NCBI GenBank assembly: GCA_016235585.1
Contig: JACRJY010000023.1
Span: 30,560-94,559 of the forward strand
DNA length: 64,000 nucleotides
From: Verrucomicrobiota bacterium
Lineage (GTDB): Bacteria > Verrucomicrobiota > Verrucomicrobiia > Limisphaerales > JACRJY01
Direction: 5' to 3'
Part shown: positions 1 through 9,779 of the stretch, piece by piece
Position numbering within the stretch: the first letter of the stretch is position 1
Layout of the letters: each line of letters opens with the position of its first letter
The notes under the pieces: generated by a model
Database searches by the model: none
What the model was told of the DNA's origin: nothing
The model's input: only the letters and a program-made list of their open reading frames with translations
Position numbers and translations under genes: made by a program

Positions 1-2776
1 CGCCTTCGAGTTGATGACACTGCGCGCAGGTCTTGGTGAAGATGGCGTGGCCGCTGGCGGAATTCCCCTTGAGCGCGAGGATGGATTTGTATTCTTGATA
101 AACCTTCATCCGGTCGCCGCCGGTGAGGTTCTTGAACAGCTCCTCCGCCTTGGCCGCGACGGTTTTGTCGCGGTGCTTCAAGAGCTGGTTGCGCCGCGTG
201 GTGTCAATGGTCGTCGGCGCAATCGCGCCCGCCTCGATGGCAGCGAGCAGCGCCTTCACGCCCGCCGGCTGCGCGAGCAGCGACGCCAGCGCGGTCTCGC
301 GCACGGGCGGGGTGAGGCTTTTCCAGCGCACGGCGTCGAGCAGGAATCGCGGCGCGTCGAAGCCGGGCAGCAGGGCGAGCGCCTTCATGGCGGCGGTTTG
401 AATCTCCGTCGGCTGCTGCGGATTGAGCAGGCTCTGGAGCGGCTGGCCCGCCGTGGCAAAATCGGAGAAGGCGAGCAAGCCGATGGCCGCCTGCCGCGCG
501 GGCAGGGTTTGCCTGCCGTCGGTGGCAAGCTGCACGGCGCTCTTGGTGAGCTGTGCGAGGCCGTCGCGCGCCTCCGCGTTGCTCTCGGCGAGTTTTTGCA
601 GCGAGAGCTTGCGCGGGCGCAGCGCCTCGCCGAGTCCGGTGACGGCGGCGGATTTCGCGGCGTAATCGAGCGACTTGGCGGAAGCAAGTTTCGCGAGCAA
701 CGGCGGCAAAGTCTCCGGCGGCTGGCCCGCGCCGACGACGCGGCACGTTTCGGCGAGGAGTTGGGAGAGTCCGCCCGTTTCTGTTCGTTCGCCCGCTTTC
801 CCCTCACCCTGGCCCTCTCCCCTGGGGAGAGGGGACAGCGAATCGCGCGCGGCGACGTTCGATTTCGCGCTGGAATTATCCCGCGCTGCCGGTGCTTTCT
901 CCCTCTCCCCCGGGGAGAGGGCCGGGGTGAGGGGAAAACGCGCCTGCGACAAAACCGCGTCGAGAAAATCCCCGGCACGCTTGCCCACGGAACTCAACGA
1001 GGCGGCGCGCGTCCACTTGTCGCCCGCGTCGCGCACGGCGATGCGGGCGAGCAAATTCACCACCTCGGTGTCGCCGAGTTCGCCAAGCGTGAGCGCGGCT
1101 TGGACACGGACGCGGGCGTCGTTGTCCTTGGCAAGAAATTTGACCTTGGCCGCGAAGTCAGCAGATTTATTGAGACGCGGCTCGGCAAGTTGCAGCGCGT
1201 TCTCGCGCACGCCGGAATGCTTGTCCGCGAGCGCGGTGAAGACCGTGGCGTCATCCAGCCCGCCGAGGTTTTCCATCAGCCGCAGCGCAAGCACGCGGGC
1301 TTGGGCGGAATTGCCAGACCAGGCAATTGTTTTCAAAATGGGGAGCGACGCCTTGTCCGCGCGGTCGAGCAACAAGCGGAAGGCCGTTTCGCGCCACCAG
1401 ACTTTTGGGTTCTCCAGTTCTGCGACGAGTTGCTTGGTGCTGGCCTTGCCCAAATCAAACTTTTGCCTTTTACCTTTTTCCTTCTGACTTGCCGCCGTCA
1501 GGCGGTAGATGCGCCCCTGGTTGCGGCCCGAAACGAAGTCCAGTCTGTCGCGCATCTCGGCGGGCACATACTGCGGATGGTCAATGAACTTGCGATACAT
1601 GGACGCGACGTAGAGCGCACCGTCGGGGGCGTTGGCGGCGAACACGGGCCGGAACCAACTGTCCGCCGTGACCAGCACCTCGGTGCCGGGACGCGGGTGC
1701 GCGCCCTTGAGCATCGCGCCATTCGGCGAAATCACCTGCCGCTGCACGAGCGACTGCGCCGGTTCGCACGTGAAGCCATTGCCCGCAAACTCCGGCGGCA
1801 GCGCGTCGCCGTCGTAGATGCGGATGCCGCACGACGAGGTGAAGGTGCCCGCGTGCGGCGTGTGCAGCAGGCCGGGGTGCATCGAGGCGGTGGTCTGGTC
1901 GCGCGTGAGCGGATAGACGAAGCCGAGCTTGTCCGAGGCCGCCACGTCGGTGACGGTTTCGCTGAAGGCGAGGTTGGGGTTGCGCCGTAGGTAGCGCGGC
2001 GGAATCGCAATCATCTGGAGCGGATGGCGGTTGTCCACGGTGAACTTGCGCCCGAAGCTGTCGAAGCACTGGCCGAACTGCGCGACGCCCGCGACGACCT
2101 CGAACTCCAGCGTGTCGGGCCGGAAGCGCGTGTCGTTCTTCGTGAACTCGACGGCCTTGCGCTCCGGATGGTCGGGGCACGTCACCTTGCCGCCAGTCAG
2201 CCCGCTCGTGAGGTAAATCCAGCCGTCCATGCCAAGCGTCGGATGCGCGACGCGGATTTGCGTGGTCTTGCCCATTTCAAACCCGGTCAGCAAAACTTTC
2301 CGCACGTCGGCCTTGCCGTCGCCGTCGGTGTCCTTCAGATAAAAAATTTCCGGCGCGCAGGTGACGATGATTCCGCCGCGCCAGCACATGAGTCCGTTTG
2401 GATACGTGAGGCCGGTGGCGAACTCCGTGCGCTTTTCGTAAGCCCCGTCGCCATCGGTGTCCTCCAGCATCGCGATGATGCCGAGCGGTGTGCCGTCCTT
2501 CGCGCCTTCGGGATAGCCGCGATTTTCCGCGACGAAGAGGCGGCCGCGCTCATCCCATGCGAGCGCGACGGGGTCGCCGGTGAGCGGTTCGGCGGCGGCC
2601 AGCTCGACCCGCAGGCCCGGCTCGGTGCGCATCGCGGCGAGCGCCTGCGCGGGCGAGAGCGGCTTCTCGGCGGCGGTGAGCGCGGCGAGGTCGGGCGGCA
2701 GCGGCGCGGACTTGGATTGCGCGTGCGTGTCGAGGGCGAGCGCGAGGACGAGAACGATTGGGACGAAGCGCGTCAT
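1..2776 (-). CDS. PVC-type membrane-bound dehydrogenase domain / HEAT-repeat / cytochrome c (CxxCH) heme-binding protein; 3' end runs off the window
   Basis: Absent from the ORF track because it has no stop inside the window. Manual minus-strand translation from the ATG at 2776 is open all the way to position 1, and it is the only minus frame with no listed ORFs here. Landmarks: MTRFVPIVLVLALALDTHAQ (signal peptide), WDERGRLFVAENRGYPEG, EDTDGDG / KDTDGDGKAD, HEAT-like DARVRVQAALTLGELGD, ending at the edge in FTKTCAQCHQLEG (CxxCH). The architecture matches the Pirellula/Verrucomicrobium-type dehydrogenase plus heme-binding domain families. Confidence 0.8.
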   Translation of the reverse strand, partial: MTRFVPIVLVLALALDTHAQSKSAPLPPDLAALTAAEKPLSPAQALAAMRTEPGLRVELAAAEPLTGDPVALAWDERGRLFVAENRGYPEGAKDGTPLGIIAMLEDTDGDGAYEKRTEFATGLTYPNGLMCWRGGIIVTCAPEIFYLKDTDGDGKADVRKVLLTGFEMGKTTQIRVAHPTLGMDGWIYLTSGLTGGKVTCPDHPERKAVEFTKNDTRFRPDTLEFEVVAGVAQFGQCFDSFGRKFTVDNRHPLQMIAIPPRYLRRNPNLAFSETVTDVAASDKLGFVYPLTRDQTTASMHPGLLHTPHAGTFTSSCGIRIYDGDALPPEFAGNGFTCEPAQSLVQRQVISPNGAMLKGAHPRPGTEVLVTADSWFRPVFAANAPDGALYVASMYRKFIDHPQYVPAEMRDRLDFVSGRNQGRIYRLTAASQKEKGKRQKFDLGKASTKQLVAELENPKVWWRETAFRLLLDRADKASLPILKTIAWSGNSAQARVLALRLMENLGGLDDATVFTALADKHSGVRENALQLAEPRLNKSADFAAKVKFLAKDNDARVRVQAALTLGELGDTEVVNLLARIAVRDAGDKWTRAASLSSVGKRAGDFLDAVLSQARFPLTPALSPGEREKAPAARDNSSAKSNVAARDSLSPLPRGEGQGEGKAGERTETGGLSQLLAETCRVVGAGQPPETLPPLLAKLASAKSLDYAAKSAAVTGLGEALRPRKLSLQKLAESNAEARDGLAQLTKSAVQLATDGRQTLPARQAAIGLLAFSDFATAGQPLQSLLNPQQPTEIQTAAMKALALLPGFDAPRFLLDAVRWKSLTPPVRETALASLLAQPAGVKALLAAIEAGAIAPTTIDTTRRNQLLKHRDKTVAAKAEELFKNLTGGDRMKVYQEYKSILALKGNSASGHAIFTKTCAQCHQLEG
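797..938. repeat. 142-bp inverted-repeat (MITE/REP-like) element lying inside a CDS
   Basis: Arm 1 (797-836) is tttcccctcaccctggccctctcccctggggagagggga. The reverse complement of arm 2 (898-938) is ttttcccctcaccccggccctctccccgggggagagggaga, which is nearly identical. Each arm holds its own palindrome (ctctcccc/ggggagag). The spacer is 61 bp. Confidence 0.8.
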
Positions 2777-2953
2777 AAGTGTGGGGCGAGAATCATTCAT
2801 GCGAACAACACTGGCAAGCCTTCCGTCACGATGACGGACGGCAACGGGTCTGTTTCTGACGCGACGACGGCGGCGGGGATTCACACGCGGAAAGAGCCTT
2901 GCCTGCATCGGGGCGCTTCCCTACTGTGGCCGCAGATTCACAGAAGGCCGCTT

Positions 2954-3469
2954 ATGGACATTGTTTTTAACTGCCCGAACTGCAAACAGGAACTCGCCGT
3001 GGAGGACTCCGCCATCGGCCAGGAAATCGAGTGCCCGTCCTGCCGGGAGGTGCAGCTCGTGCCCGACCCCAAGGCCCTGCCCAAGCCCAAGGACGCCGCG
3101 CCCGCCGCGCCCCTGACGGCGAGCGAGGCCACCGCCGCCGCGCTGGGCCTGGACACCACGGCGGCGCACTCCGCGCACAAGCCGCGCGGCCTCTCCGTGC
3201 CGCAGCACAGCGCGCCCTCGGAAGTTCTGATAAAAAAGGCGGCGGCCCGGGAAGTGGATCCGGCGAAGCGCCAGCTTCGCATCAAGTGCATCAAGCGCAT
3301 CTCCTGCACGTCGGTCGGCAATGACCGCTTCGACGAAGTGGTGGCGGAGTTCATCGCGGGGATTGGCGACGCCGACATCGTGAGCATCAACCCGATCAGC
3401 TACGGGTTTGTGGACGGCACCGGACGGGTGCTGCCTGACTACGGCGTGATGATCGTCTACAAGGGCTGA
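2954..3469 (+). CDS. zinc-ribbon domain protein, function unknown
   Basis: Lies in ORF-track frame 2024..3469, but the upstream part looks like shadow sequence. The first plausible ATG at 2954 gives MDIVFNCPNCKQELAVEDSAIGQEIECPSCREV (two CxxC pairs), then a Pro/Ala-rich linker and a ~70-aa C-terminal globular segment. Confidence 0.6.
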   Translation: MDIVFNCPNCKQELAVEDSAIGQEIECPSCREVQLVPDPKALPKPKDAAPAAPLTASEATAAALGLDTTAAHSAHKPRGLSVPQHSAPSEVLIKKAAAREVDPAKRQLRIKCIKRISCTSVGNDRFDEVVAEFIAGIGDADIVSINPISYGFVDGTGRVLPDYGVMIVYKG

Positions 3470-3491
3470 AGAAAGCTTTCCCCGTCCGCGC

Positions 3492-4298
3492 TCACTTTCT
3501 CCGCAGGACAAACAGGATGCTGGAGAAGACGCGCGCATCGTCGGCCACCCGCGCCGTCGGCACGAGGGGCCATTCGGACGAGGCGTAACGCAGCAGCGGC
3601 TGCGCCCGAAGAATTTCAAAACCGTGCTCCTCAAATAATTTCCGCCAGCTCGCCGGCTTGAAGGCACGGTGGCACGCGAGAAATCCGCCGTTCACGCCGT
3701 GGCCGTTCGGGAGAATCCAGCTCGCGAGCTTCTGCGCGAAGCTGCGCCTCGGCGCCTGCGCCTTGCCGTAGATTTCATCCTCCTTCGCCGCGCTGCGGGC
3801 GGGCGGTTTCCTGTTCACGAATTTTCCCAGCAGCGCCCGCGCCTTGTTGTAATACTGCGAGGGCACGTCGAACAGCAGCCAGTGGTGCGTCGGCACCGAA
3901 AAGGCGTAGAGGCAGCCGGGCGCGCCGATGCGCCGCAGCTCCGCGCACGCCGCCGCCATGTCCTCGATGTGCTCCATCACGTGGTTCGAGTAAATCACGT
4001 CGAACTGCCCGTCGCGAAACGGCGTGCGCGTGATGCTCGTCTCGTGGAACTCAATGTCCGGCCGGCGGCGGATGTCCTCGCTCGTGTAGACGTCCGAGGC
4101 CACGGCGGGGCCGAGCTTCTGGAGGAAGGGGATTTGAAAGCCGTCGCCGCTGCCGAACTCGAGCACGTTCAGCCGGCCCAGCTTTTCGGCGGGTGCCAGG
4201 CCCGAAAGGGTTTCAATCGCCAGCGAGATTTCCAGTTCGCGCTTCTGGCGGCGGTGCTCTTTCTCGCCGGCCTTTGACTGGGGCAGAATGTTCGCCAT
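3492..4298 (-). CDS. class I SAM-dependent methyltransferase
   Basis: 268-aa ORF. LNVLEFGSGDGFQIPFL is the GxGxG SAM motif I. DVIYSNHVMEHIED is Methyltransf_11-like. Confidence 0.75.
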   Translation of the reverse strand: MANILPQSKAGEKEHRRQKRELEISLAIETLSGLAPAEKLGRLNVLEFGSGDGFQIPFLQKLGPAVASDVYTSEDIRRRPDIEFHETSITRTPFRDGQFDVIYSNHVMEHIEDMAAACAELRRIGAPGCLYAFSVPTHHWLLFDVPSQYYNKARALLGKFVNRKPPARSAAKEDEIYGKAQAPRRSFAQKLASWILPNGHGVNGGFLACHRAFKPASWRKLFEEHGFEILRAQPLLRYASSEWPLVPTARVADDARVFSSILFVLRRK

Positions 4299-4367
4299 GT
4301 TCGGGCGGGAGAATCTTTGGGCGGAGCCGGGGCCGTCAAGCGCGAACCCCGGCGCGCCGGTTTGAAA

Positions 4368-4811
4368 TCACTCCGGCCGCGTGGCGGTCTGCTCCTGCCA
4401 CCGGCGCCCCAGCTCCTCGAGGGTCCTGGATTTCAACAGCCGTTTCGCCAGCGGGAAAATAATCCGCTCCTCCCGGTCGAAGTGCCGCCGCGAGGCCGCG
4501 ACCGCCTTCAACAAGCTCTCCCGCGCAGCGGACACCTGCCGGGCGTGCTGGACGGCGTGGAGGTGCCGATCAATCTCGTCATGCTCGTCGTGAAAGTTTT
4601 CGCCCTGCCCAAGCTGGAGCAGGGTCGGCTCCAGCGGCTCGACGAGCAGTTGATCCTCCACTGCCGCGTGGCGCTCCAGCAGCATTTCCAGCAGCGCGGA
4701 CAGCGCCTTGATCTCGGCCAGCGTCTTGAGCCGGGGCGCGCGCTCCTGCAAATGGTCGAAGACATTGTGGAACACCACGTGTTCGGCGGCGAGGGCTTGA
4801 ATGATGGTCAT
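4368..4811 (-). CDS. hemerythrin (HHE cation-binding) domain protein
   Basis: 147-aa ORF with spaced His/Glu/Asp motifs: EHVVFHNVFDHL, HDEHDEIDRHLH, RRHFDREERIIFP. Confidence 0.7.
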   Translation of the reverse strand: MTIIQALAAEHVVFHNVFDHLQERAPRLKTLAEIKALSALLEMLLERHAAVEDQLLVEPLEPTLLQLGQGENFHDEHDEIDRHLHAVQHARQVSAARESLLKAVAASRRHFDREERIIFPLAKRLLKSRTLEELGRRWQEQTATRPE

Positions 4812-4931
4812 GCGCTGATTCTCAAAAAATTCAGATGTGTTGCGTGTGTCGTAACTAGCACCCGCGCCGGCGAAAGTCCATCTTCAGTTGCGAATCGCTT
4901 TCAGCTCGAAGACTTTTCAGGATCATCATAA

Positions 4932-5438
4932 TTACAGCTTCCGCGCGAAGTGAACCTGCCGCGCCACTTCGACGAAGCCGCACGACGGATAGAGATGATT
5001 GCCGATGGCGTTCTGCGCCATCGTTTCGATCATCGCGTATTCCAGCCCCTGTTCGCGGAAATAATCCAGCGCCCGCTCGATCAGCCGCCGGCCCAGCCCC
5101 TGCCCGCGCGCCGCCGCCGCCACCGCCATGTTCGGAATGCGCCCCTTGCCCGTCTCGTGATCCACCCGCGTCGTGATGTAGCCGAGGATTTTCCCGCCCG
5201 CCTCCGCGACGAAAATGCCCGCCGGATTCGCCGCCGCGTCCTCGTCCATGTGCCGGGCCTTGCGCCAGCGCCAGTCGCGGCCTTTGATGAGGCCGAACTG
5301 CTGCTCGACGTTGTGCTCCAGCGTCACGCCGGTGAAGGATTCGACGGTCAGGCGCTTGAGCGTGTCCAAATCTTCCGGGCGGTAAAGGCGAATCGCGATG
5401 TCCATCATGCGGCCATGGTTTGCAAGAAAACTGCTCAT
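4932..5438 (-). CDS. GNAT family N-acetyltransferase
   Basis: 168-aa ORF. The acetyl-CoA motif is ARGQGLGRRLIERALDYFREQG. The true start is probably MMDIAIRLYRPED at 5408. Confidence 0.8.
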   Translation of the reverse strand: MSSFLANHGRMMDIAIRLYRPEDLDTLKRLTVESFTGVTLEHNVEQQFGLIKGRDWRWRKARHMDEDAAANPAGIFVAEAGGKILGYITTRVDHETGKGRIPNMAVAAAARGQGLGRRLIERALDYFREQGLEYAMIETMAQNAIGNHLYPSCGFVEVARQVHFARKL

Positions 5439-5633
5439 CCATCAATACATAGGAACAAGGGAAGAATATCGCCCGCCGCCGGAAAGTCTCTCCGAAAATT
5501 GGCCGTGTCCTGATTTCAAATTGAGAGCCCGGCAAAATCCCGGTCAGGAAGGTGGAAAACCCGGAAACCGACGCGGCCGTTGGTGAATTCACGCTCGCCC
5601 GCCCGCGCCGGCTACTGCATGGTTCGCAGCGCA

Positions 5634-6503
5634 ATGAAGCCCGTCTTCGAGAAAACGCCGCAGCGCCAGTGGGAGTCCTTCCACTGCGAGGTCGTGCGCG
5701 GTTCGAGCTACAACGCGACGTGGCATTTTCATCCCGAATACCAGCTTACGCTCGTGCTCAAGAGCCACGGCCACCGGCTCGTGGGCGACAAAATCACGCC
5801 GTTGCAGGCCGGCGATCTCGTGCTGCTCGGCTCGAACCTGCCGCACGTCTGGCACCAGGAGGAGGCGCACGGGCAGTCTTCGCGCGCGGTTCACGCGATC
5901 ATTGTGCGGTTTCTGGAGACATTTTTGGGCGGCGACTTTCTGGAAATCCCCGAAGCCGAGCCGGTGCGCCGATTGTTAAAGCGCGCCGCGCGCGGGCTGC
6001 ACATCACCGGCAGGACGCGTGAAGTCGTCGCGGACAAAATGCAGCGGCTCGCCGCGAGCCAAGGTTTGGAGCGCGTCGCCCAACTGCTCTCCATTCTGGA
6101 GACGCTGGCCCGCTCGAAGGAAGTCCAGCCCATCGCGAGCGCCGGTTTCGTGCCGAACCTTTCCCGTGACGATCAGGGGCGGATGGAGCGCGTCTGCAAC
6201 TTCATCCACACCCGGCTGGGCGAACCGATTGACCGCGAGCAGGTCGCCGCCGAGGCGCACTTGAGCATCGGCGCGTTCAGCCGGTTCTTCAAGCTGCGGA
6301 CGGGCAAGACACTGCCGGAATACGTGAACGAACTGCGCGTGGGCCGCGCCTGCCGTCTGCTCGCCGAGGCGGACACGAAGGTGACAGACGTGGCGATGGA
6401 GTGCGGTTTTCAGAACCTGGCGAACTTCAACCGCCGCTTCCGCGAAATCACCAAAGTGACGCCGCGCGAATACCGGCGGCAGTTCAAGCAGAACGCGGGC
6501 TGA
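5634..6503 (+). CDS. AraC family transcriptional regulator (cupin sensor + HTH)
   Basis: The ORF opens at 5580; I chose the start at MKPVFEK (5634). The N-terminal half is cupin-like (WHFHPEYQLTLV). The C-terminal half is an AraC HTH (LSIGAFSRFFKLRTGKTLPEYVNELRVGRACRLL ... GFQNLANFNRRFREITKVTPREYR). Confidence 0.85.
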   Translation: MKPVFEKTPQRQWESFHCEVVRGSSYNATWHFHPEYQLTLVLKSHGHRLVGDKITPLQAGDLVLLGSNLPHVWHQEEAHGQSSRAVHAIIVRFLETFLGGDFLEIPEAEPVRRLLKRAARGLHITGRTREVVADKMQRLAASQGLERVAQLLSILETLARSKEVQPIASAGFVPNLSRDDQGRMERVCNFIHTRLGEPIDREQVAAEAHLSIGAFSRFFKLRTGKTLPEYVNELRVGRACRLLAEADTKVTDVAMECGFQNLANFNRRFREITKVTPREYRRQFKQNAG

Positions 6504-6539
6504 AGTTTCGCGGAATCAACGGGGCTCGAGCCTGGCGTT

Positions 6540-7910
6540 TCACTTGGCTTTGTTTTTCTTCTTTTTCTTGGCGCCGGCGGCGGGCGCGTCCTCCTTGCCG
6601 TCGCGCAAATGTGCGGGGCGGGCGTCCTTGAACTGGTCGAGCGCAGCTTGAAGCCGCTTCGCGGCGGCGGCGGCTTCACCGGTGAGCGCCGCGACCTTGA
6701 GCGGACTCTTTTCGCCCAGATCCGCACGAAGGTCGAAGAAGTCCCCGGTGCGGTAGAGTTTGAAATCGCGGTTGAAAGCGCATTCACGAACCACTTTGTC
6801 CGCTCCCTGGCGCGGCGAATACCACGAGTAAATCCATTCGCGCGGACTGCCCTTTTCGCCGCGGAGCTGCGGGAGGAAACTGCGGCCATCCATCTTCAAA
6901 TCCGCCGGCAGCTTCACGCCCGCCGCGTCGCAGATGGTCGGCAAAATATCCGTGCTGTCCACAAGGTCGGCGCTGACCTTGCCGTCCGTAATTTTGCCCG
7001 GCCAGCTCGCGATGAGCGGCACGCGCATCCCAAAGGAAGTCGTCGCCCCTTTGCCGCCGATGACCACCTTGTCGCCCATCATCGAGCGCGTGCCCTTGCC
7101 CGTGCCGTTGTCGCCGAGAAAAATAAGGAGCGTGCTCTCGCGGAGGCCAAGCTGGTCGAGGCGCGCGACGAGTTTGCCGATGAGCTTGTCCATGTATTCC
7201 ACCATGTCGCCGAAGTTCGCGTCGGCCTTGTTCACGTTTTCGCCTTTGGCTTTCGGATCCCAGGTCTTGCTGTCCGGCGTGGGCTGATAGGGCGAGTGAG
7301 TGAGCATCATCGGGTAGTAGAGGAAGAACGGCTTGTCCTTCTGCCGCGCCACAAACTTCAGCGCGTAGTCGTTCACGAGGTCGGGGCCGTATTCGCCGTT
7401 AGTGTAGTCCTTCTCGACGCCGTTGATTTCGAGGCCGGCATTGGCGTAGCGCGGCGGGCGGCGCGTGTGCTGCCAGAGACAATGCTCGTCAAAACCATAC
7501 TTCTTCGGCAGCTCCGGATCCTGCCCCAGTTGCCATTTGCCGGTGATGCACGTCGCATAGCCAGCCTGCTTGAACAAGTTGCCGAACGTGACGGCCTTCG
7601 GATCCATGTTCCCGAAGTTGATATAGTTTCTCACGTTGTATTGCCCGGTCATCAACTGCACTCGCGTCGGCGTGCAGAGCGGCTGCACATAGCAGTGCTC
7701 GAACCGCGCGCCCGCCGCCGCGAGTTTGTCCAGCACGGGCGTCTTGTAGGAGGTGCCGCCATTCGCGCCGATGGTTTCATAACCGAGGTCGTCGGCCATG
7801 ATGACGATGACATTGGGCTGGCGCGCCGCGGCGGCAAGCTGGCCGCAAAGAACGCACAACAGCGCAAAGACGAATACCAGTCGGGCGGGCCAGTTGGATT
7901 TTTTGCTCAT
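6540..7910 (-). CDS. sulfatase (formylglycine-dependent, arylsulfatase A family), secreted
   Basis: 456 aa. Signal peptide [21 protein letters not shown]. Also [11 protein letters not shown] and the CxPxR maturation motif [12 protein letters not shown]. The C-terminus ends in [12 protein letters not shown]. Confidence 0.9.
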   Translation of the reverse strand: MSKKSNWPARLVFVFALLCVLCGQLAAAARQPNVIVIMADDLGYETIGANGGTSYKTPVLDKLAAAGARFEHCYVQPLCTPTRVQLMTGQYNVRNYINFGNMDPKAVTFGNLFKQAGYATCITGKWQLGQDPELPKKYGFDEHCLWQHTRRPPRYANAGLEINGVEKDYTNGEYGPDLVNDYALKFVARQKDKPFFLYYPMMLTHSPYQPTPDSKTWDPKAKGENVNKADANFGDMVEYMDKLIGKLVARLDQLGLRESTLLIFLGDNGTGKGTRSMMGDKVVIGGKGATTSFGMRVPLIASWPGKITDGKVSADLVDSTDILPTICDAAGVKLPADLKMDGRSFLPQLRGEKGSPREWIYSWYSPRQGADKVVRECAFNRDFKLYRTGDFFDLRADLGEKSPLKVAALTGEAAAAAKRLQAALDQFKDARPAHLRDGKEDAPAAGAKKKKKNKAK

Positions 7911-7936
7911 AAAAATTTTGCTGCCTTCGAGGTGAA

Positions 7937-9637
7937 CTATTTTTCCAGCCGCGTCACTTTCACGAAAAATGCGCCGGATAAATCCCGCCCTTCGGCGTCC
8001 TGGAACCAGGCGTGGAACTGCGCGCGGCCCTTCGGCAGTTTCACGCGAAAGACGGCCTCCCTCGCCCCCGCGACGGCTTTGGCCGTGAGTTCCTGCCCGG
8101 CAATGGCAAGCTTCGCGGCGGCGATGGGCAGCGCCTTGCCGGGCGGAGTGATGTTGCCGTCGAGCGCGGCGTCCAAATCGAACGGCCAGCGGCGCAAAAC
8201 GATTTCATATTCGCCCGCGCGCTCGATGTTCACATTCCACGGCCCGCCGCGTGGGCCGCCGGCGGCGTTGCGGATGTGATTGGCGTTGTCAGCGTAGGCG
8301 TCCTGCCAGTCGCTGCTGGTGAGCATAACGGGGTTCTCCGCCGCCGCGCCAAGGCTGATGGGAACAAAATCACGCAGGCGCGGTTCGACGCCGCTCCACC
8401 ACGCCTCATAACGGCGGCGCAAGTCGGCAACAAGCTTCGGATTCGCCGCCGCAACGTCGCGCTCCTGCGCGCGGTCAGCGCGAACGTCGTAAAGTTCGGT
8501 GCCGTGAACCAGCCGCCACTGGTTCCACAGCACGGCGCACTCGAACTTCTTCGGCCCGCTGGTGTCCGTCTGGCCAAAGCCGGGGCCAAACTGCACCACC
8601 AGCGTGCGGTCGGGCAATGCGTCAGCTTTGCCACGCAGCAGCGGCGCGAGGCTCACACCGTCGAAGTCCGGCCCGGCGGATTTTTTTACGCCGCAAAAAT
8701 CGAGAAGCGTCGGCAGCACATCCTGCACCTGCGTCAGCGCCGCCACGTCGCCCGGTGCGCGCAAGCCACCCGCCGGCCAGCGGACGAAGCACGGCACGCG
8801 ATGGCCGCCGTCATAATAAGTCACCTTGCCGGCGCGCAGACCGGCATTAAAAGCTTTCACGCCCGCCGTGCCCCCGTTGTCGGTGAGAAACATCACGATG
8901 GTGTTTTCGCGCAGACCGGAGTCGCGCAGAAACGCATCGAGCCGCCCCATGTTCTCGTCAATGTTCGCCATCATGCCGAAAAAATTCGCGGCTCCCTTGC
9001 CGGTGTAGGGCGCGCTGTATTTCTCCGGCACGGTGTGCGGCGTGTGCGCGGCGTGCAGCGGCAGGTAGCAGAAGAACGGCTCGGCCTTTGTCTTCCGCTC
9101 GCGCATCCACGTCATCGCCTCGTCGAAGCAGAAGTCGGTGAGGTAGCCGGGAAATTTTTCCTCCTTGGTGCCGCGCAACATCGTGCCGTTGAGGAGCGTG
9201 TTGGAAAATTCCGGCGCGCTGGTGAAGCCCCAGCCACGCGCCCACACGGCGGTCTGGAAGCCCTTGTCCGTCGGGCGATGCGGGTAGTTGTCGCCGAGGT
9301 GCCACTTGCCAAAAATCCCGGTGCGATAACCCGCCGCGCCAAACATCTGCGGCGCGGTGCCGAACTCCGGGCGCAAAAACGTCCGCCCCGCCGTGACGGA
9401 GGTGACGCCCGTGCGCAGCCCGTGGCAGCCGGTCATCAATTGCCCGCGTGTCGGCGAGCACATCGGCGCAACATGAAAATCCGTGAGCCGGACGCTCTCG
9501 CCGTGGAGCCGGTCAATGTTCGGTGTCTTGAGAAACGGATGTCCGTGGCAGCTAAAGTCGCCGTAGCCCGCGTCGTCCACCAGCACGAGGAGGACGTTGG
9601 GCGGGGCGGCGATGCCGGAAGCGCACAGCGCGAACAC
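7937..9637 (-). CDS. sulfatase with extra C-terminal domain; start codon uncertain
   Basis: [14 protein letters not shown] and the CxPxR motif [12 protein letters not shown]. The track's ATG at 9922 overlaps the upstream gene by 143 nt and encodes Arg-rich junk. There is no in-frame ATG near the signal peptide ([18 protein letters not shown]). Candidate starts are GTG at 9637 or TTG at 9778. Confidence 0.8.
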   Translation of the reverse strand: MFALCASGIAAPPNVLLVLVDDAGYGDFSCHGHPFLKTPNIDRLHGESVRLTDFHVAPMCSPTRGQLMTGCHGLRTGVTSVTAGRTFLRPEFGTAPQMFGAAGYRTGIFGKWHLGDNYPHRPTDKGFQTAVWARGWGFTSAPEFSNTLLNGTMLRGTKEEKFPGYLTDFCFDEAMTWMRERKTKAEPFFCYLPLHAAHTPHTVPEKYSAPYTGKGAANFFGMMANIDENMGRLDAFLRDSGLRENTIVMFLTDNGGTAGVKAFNAGLRAGKVTYYDGGHRVPCFVRWPAGGLRAPGDVAALTQVQDVLPTLLDFCGVKKSAGPDFDGVSLAPLLRGKADALPDRTLVVQFGPGFGQTDTSGPKKFECAVLWNQWRLVHGTELYDVRADRAQERDVAAANPKLVADLRRRYEAWWSGVEPRLRDFVPISLGAAAENPVMLTSSDWQDAYADNANHIRNAAGGPRGGPWNVNIERAGEYEIVLRRWPFDLDAALDGNITPPGKALPIAAAKLAIAGQELTAKAVAGAREAVFRVKLPKGRAQFHAWFQDAEGRDLSGAFFVKVTRLEK

Positions 9638-9656
9638 CAGCAGAGTGTTGAGACAA

Positions 9657-9772
9657 ATTCCGAAAACCGAAGCGCGAAGGCCGAAGGAATGCCGAAGCCC
9701 GAAGCCCGAAATCCGCGCCTTCGGGTTTCGGGCTTCGGTTTTGGTTCGGAATTCGGAATTCGGAATTCGATG
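9657..9772. repeat. ccgaa/ttcgg-rich imperfect long palindrome followed by GGAATTC heptamer x3
   Basis: The inner perfect stem is gaagcccgaaa ... tttcgggcttc. The outer arms are attccgaaaaccgaagc / gcttcggttttggttcggaat. At 9748-9768, ggaattc occurs three times in tandem, creating three EcoRI sites. Confidence 0.75.
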
Positions 9773-9779
9773 TTTCAAC

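Noticed and set aside
11-1990. 659-aa plus-strand ORF, the longest listed ORF at the left edge
   Set aside because: The composition is dominated by R/G/A/L, with runs such as RRRNRARLDG and no motif. It is antisense to a well-supported minus-strand gene and is a typical high-GC shadow ORF.
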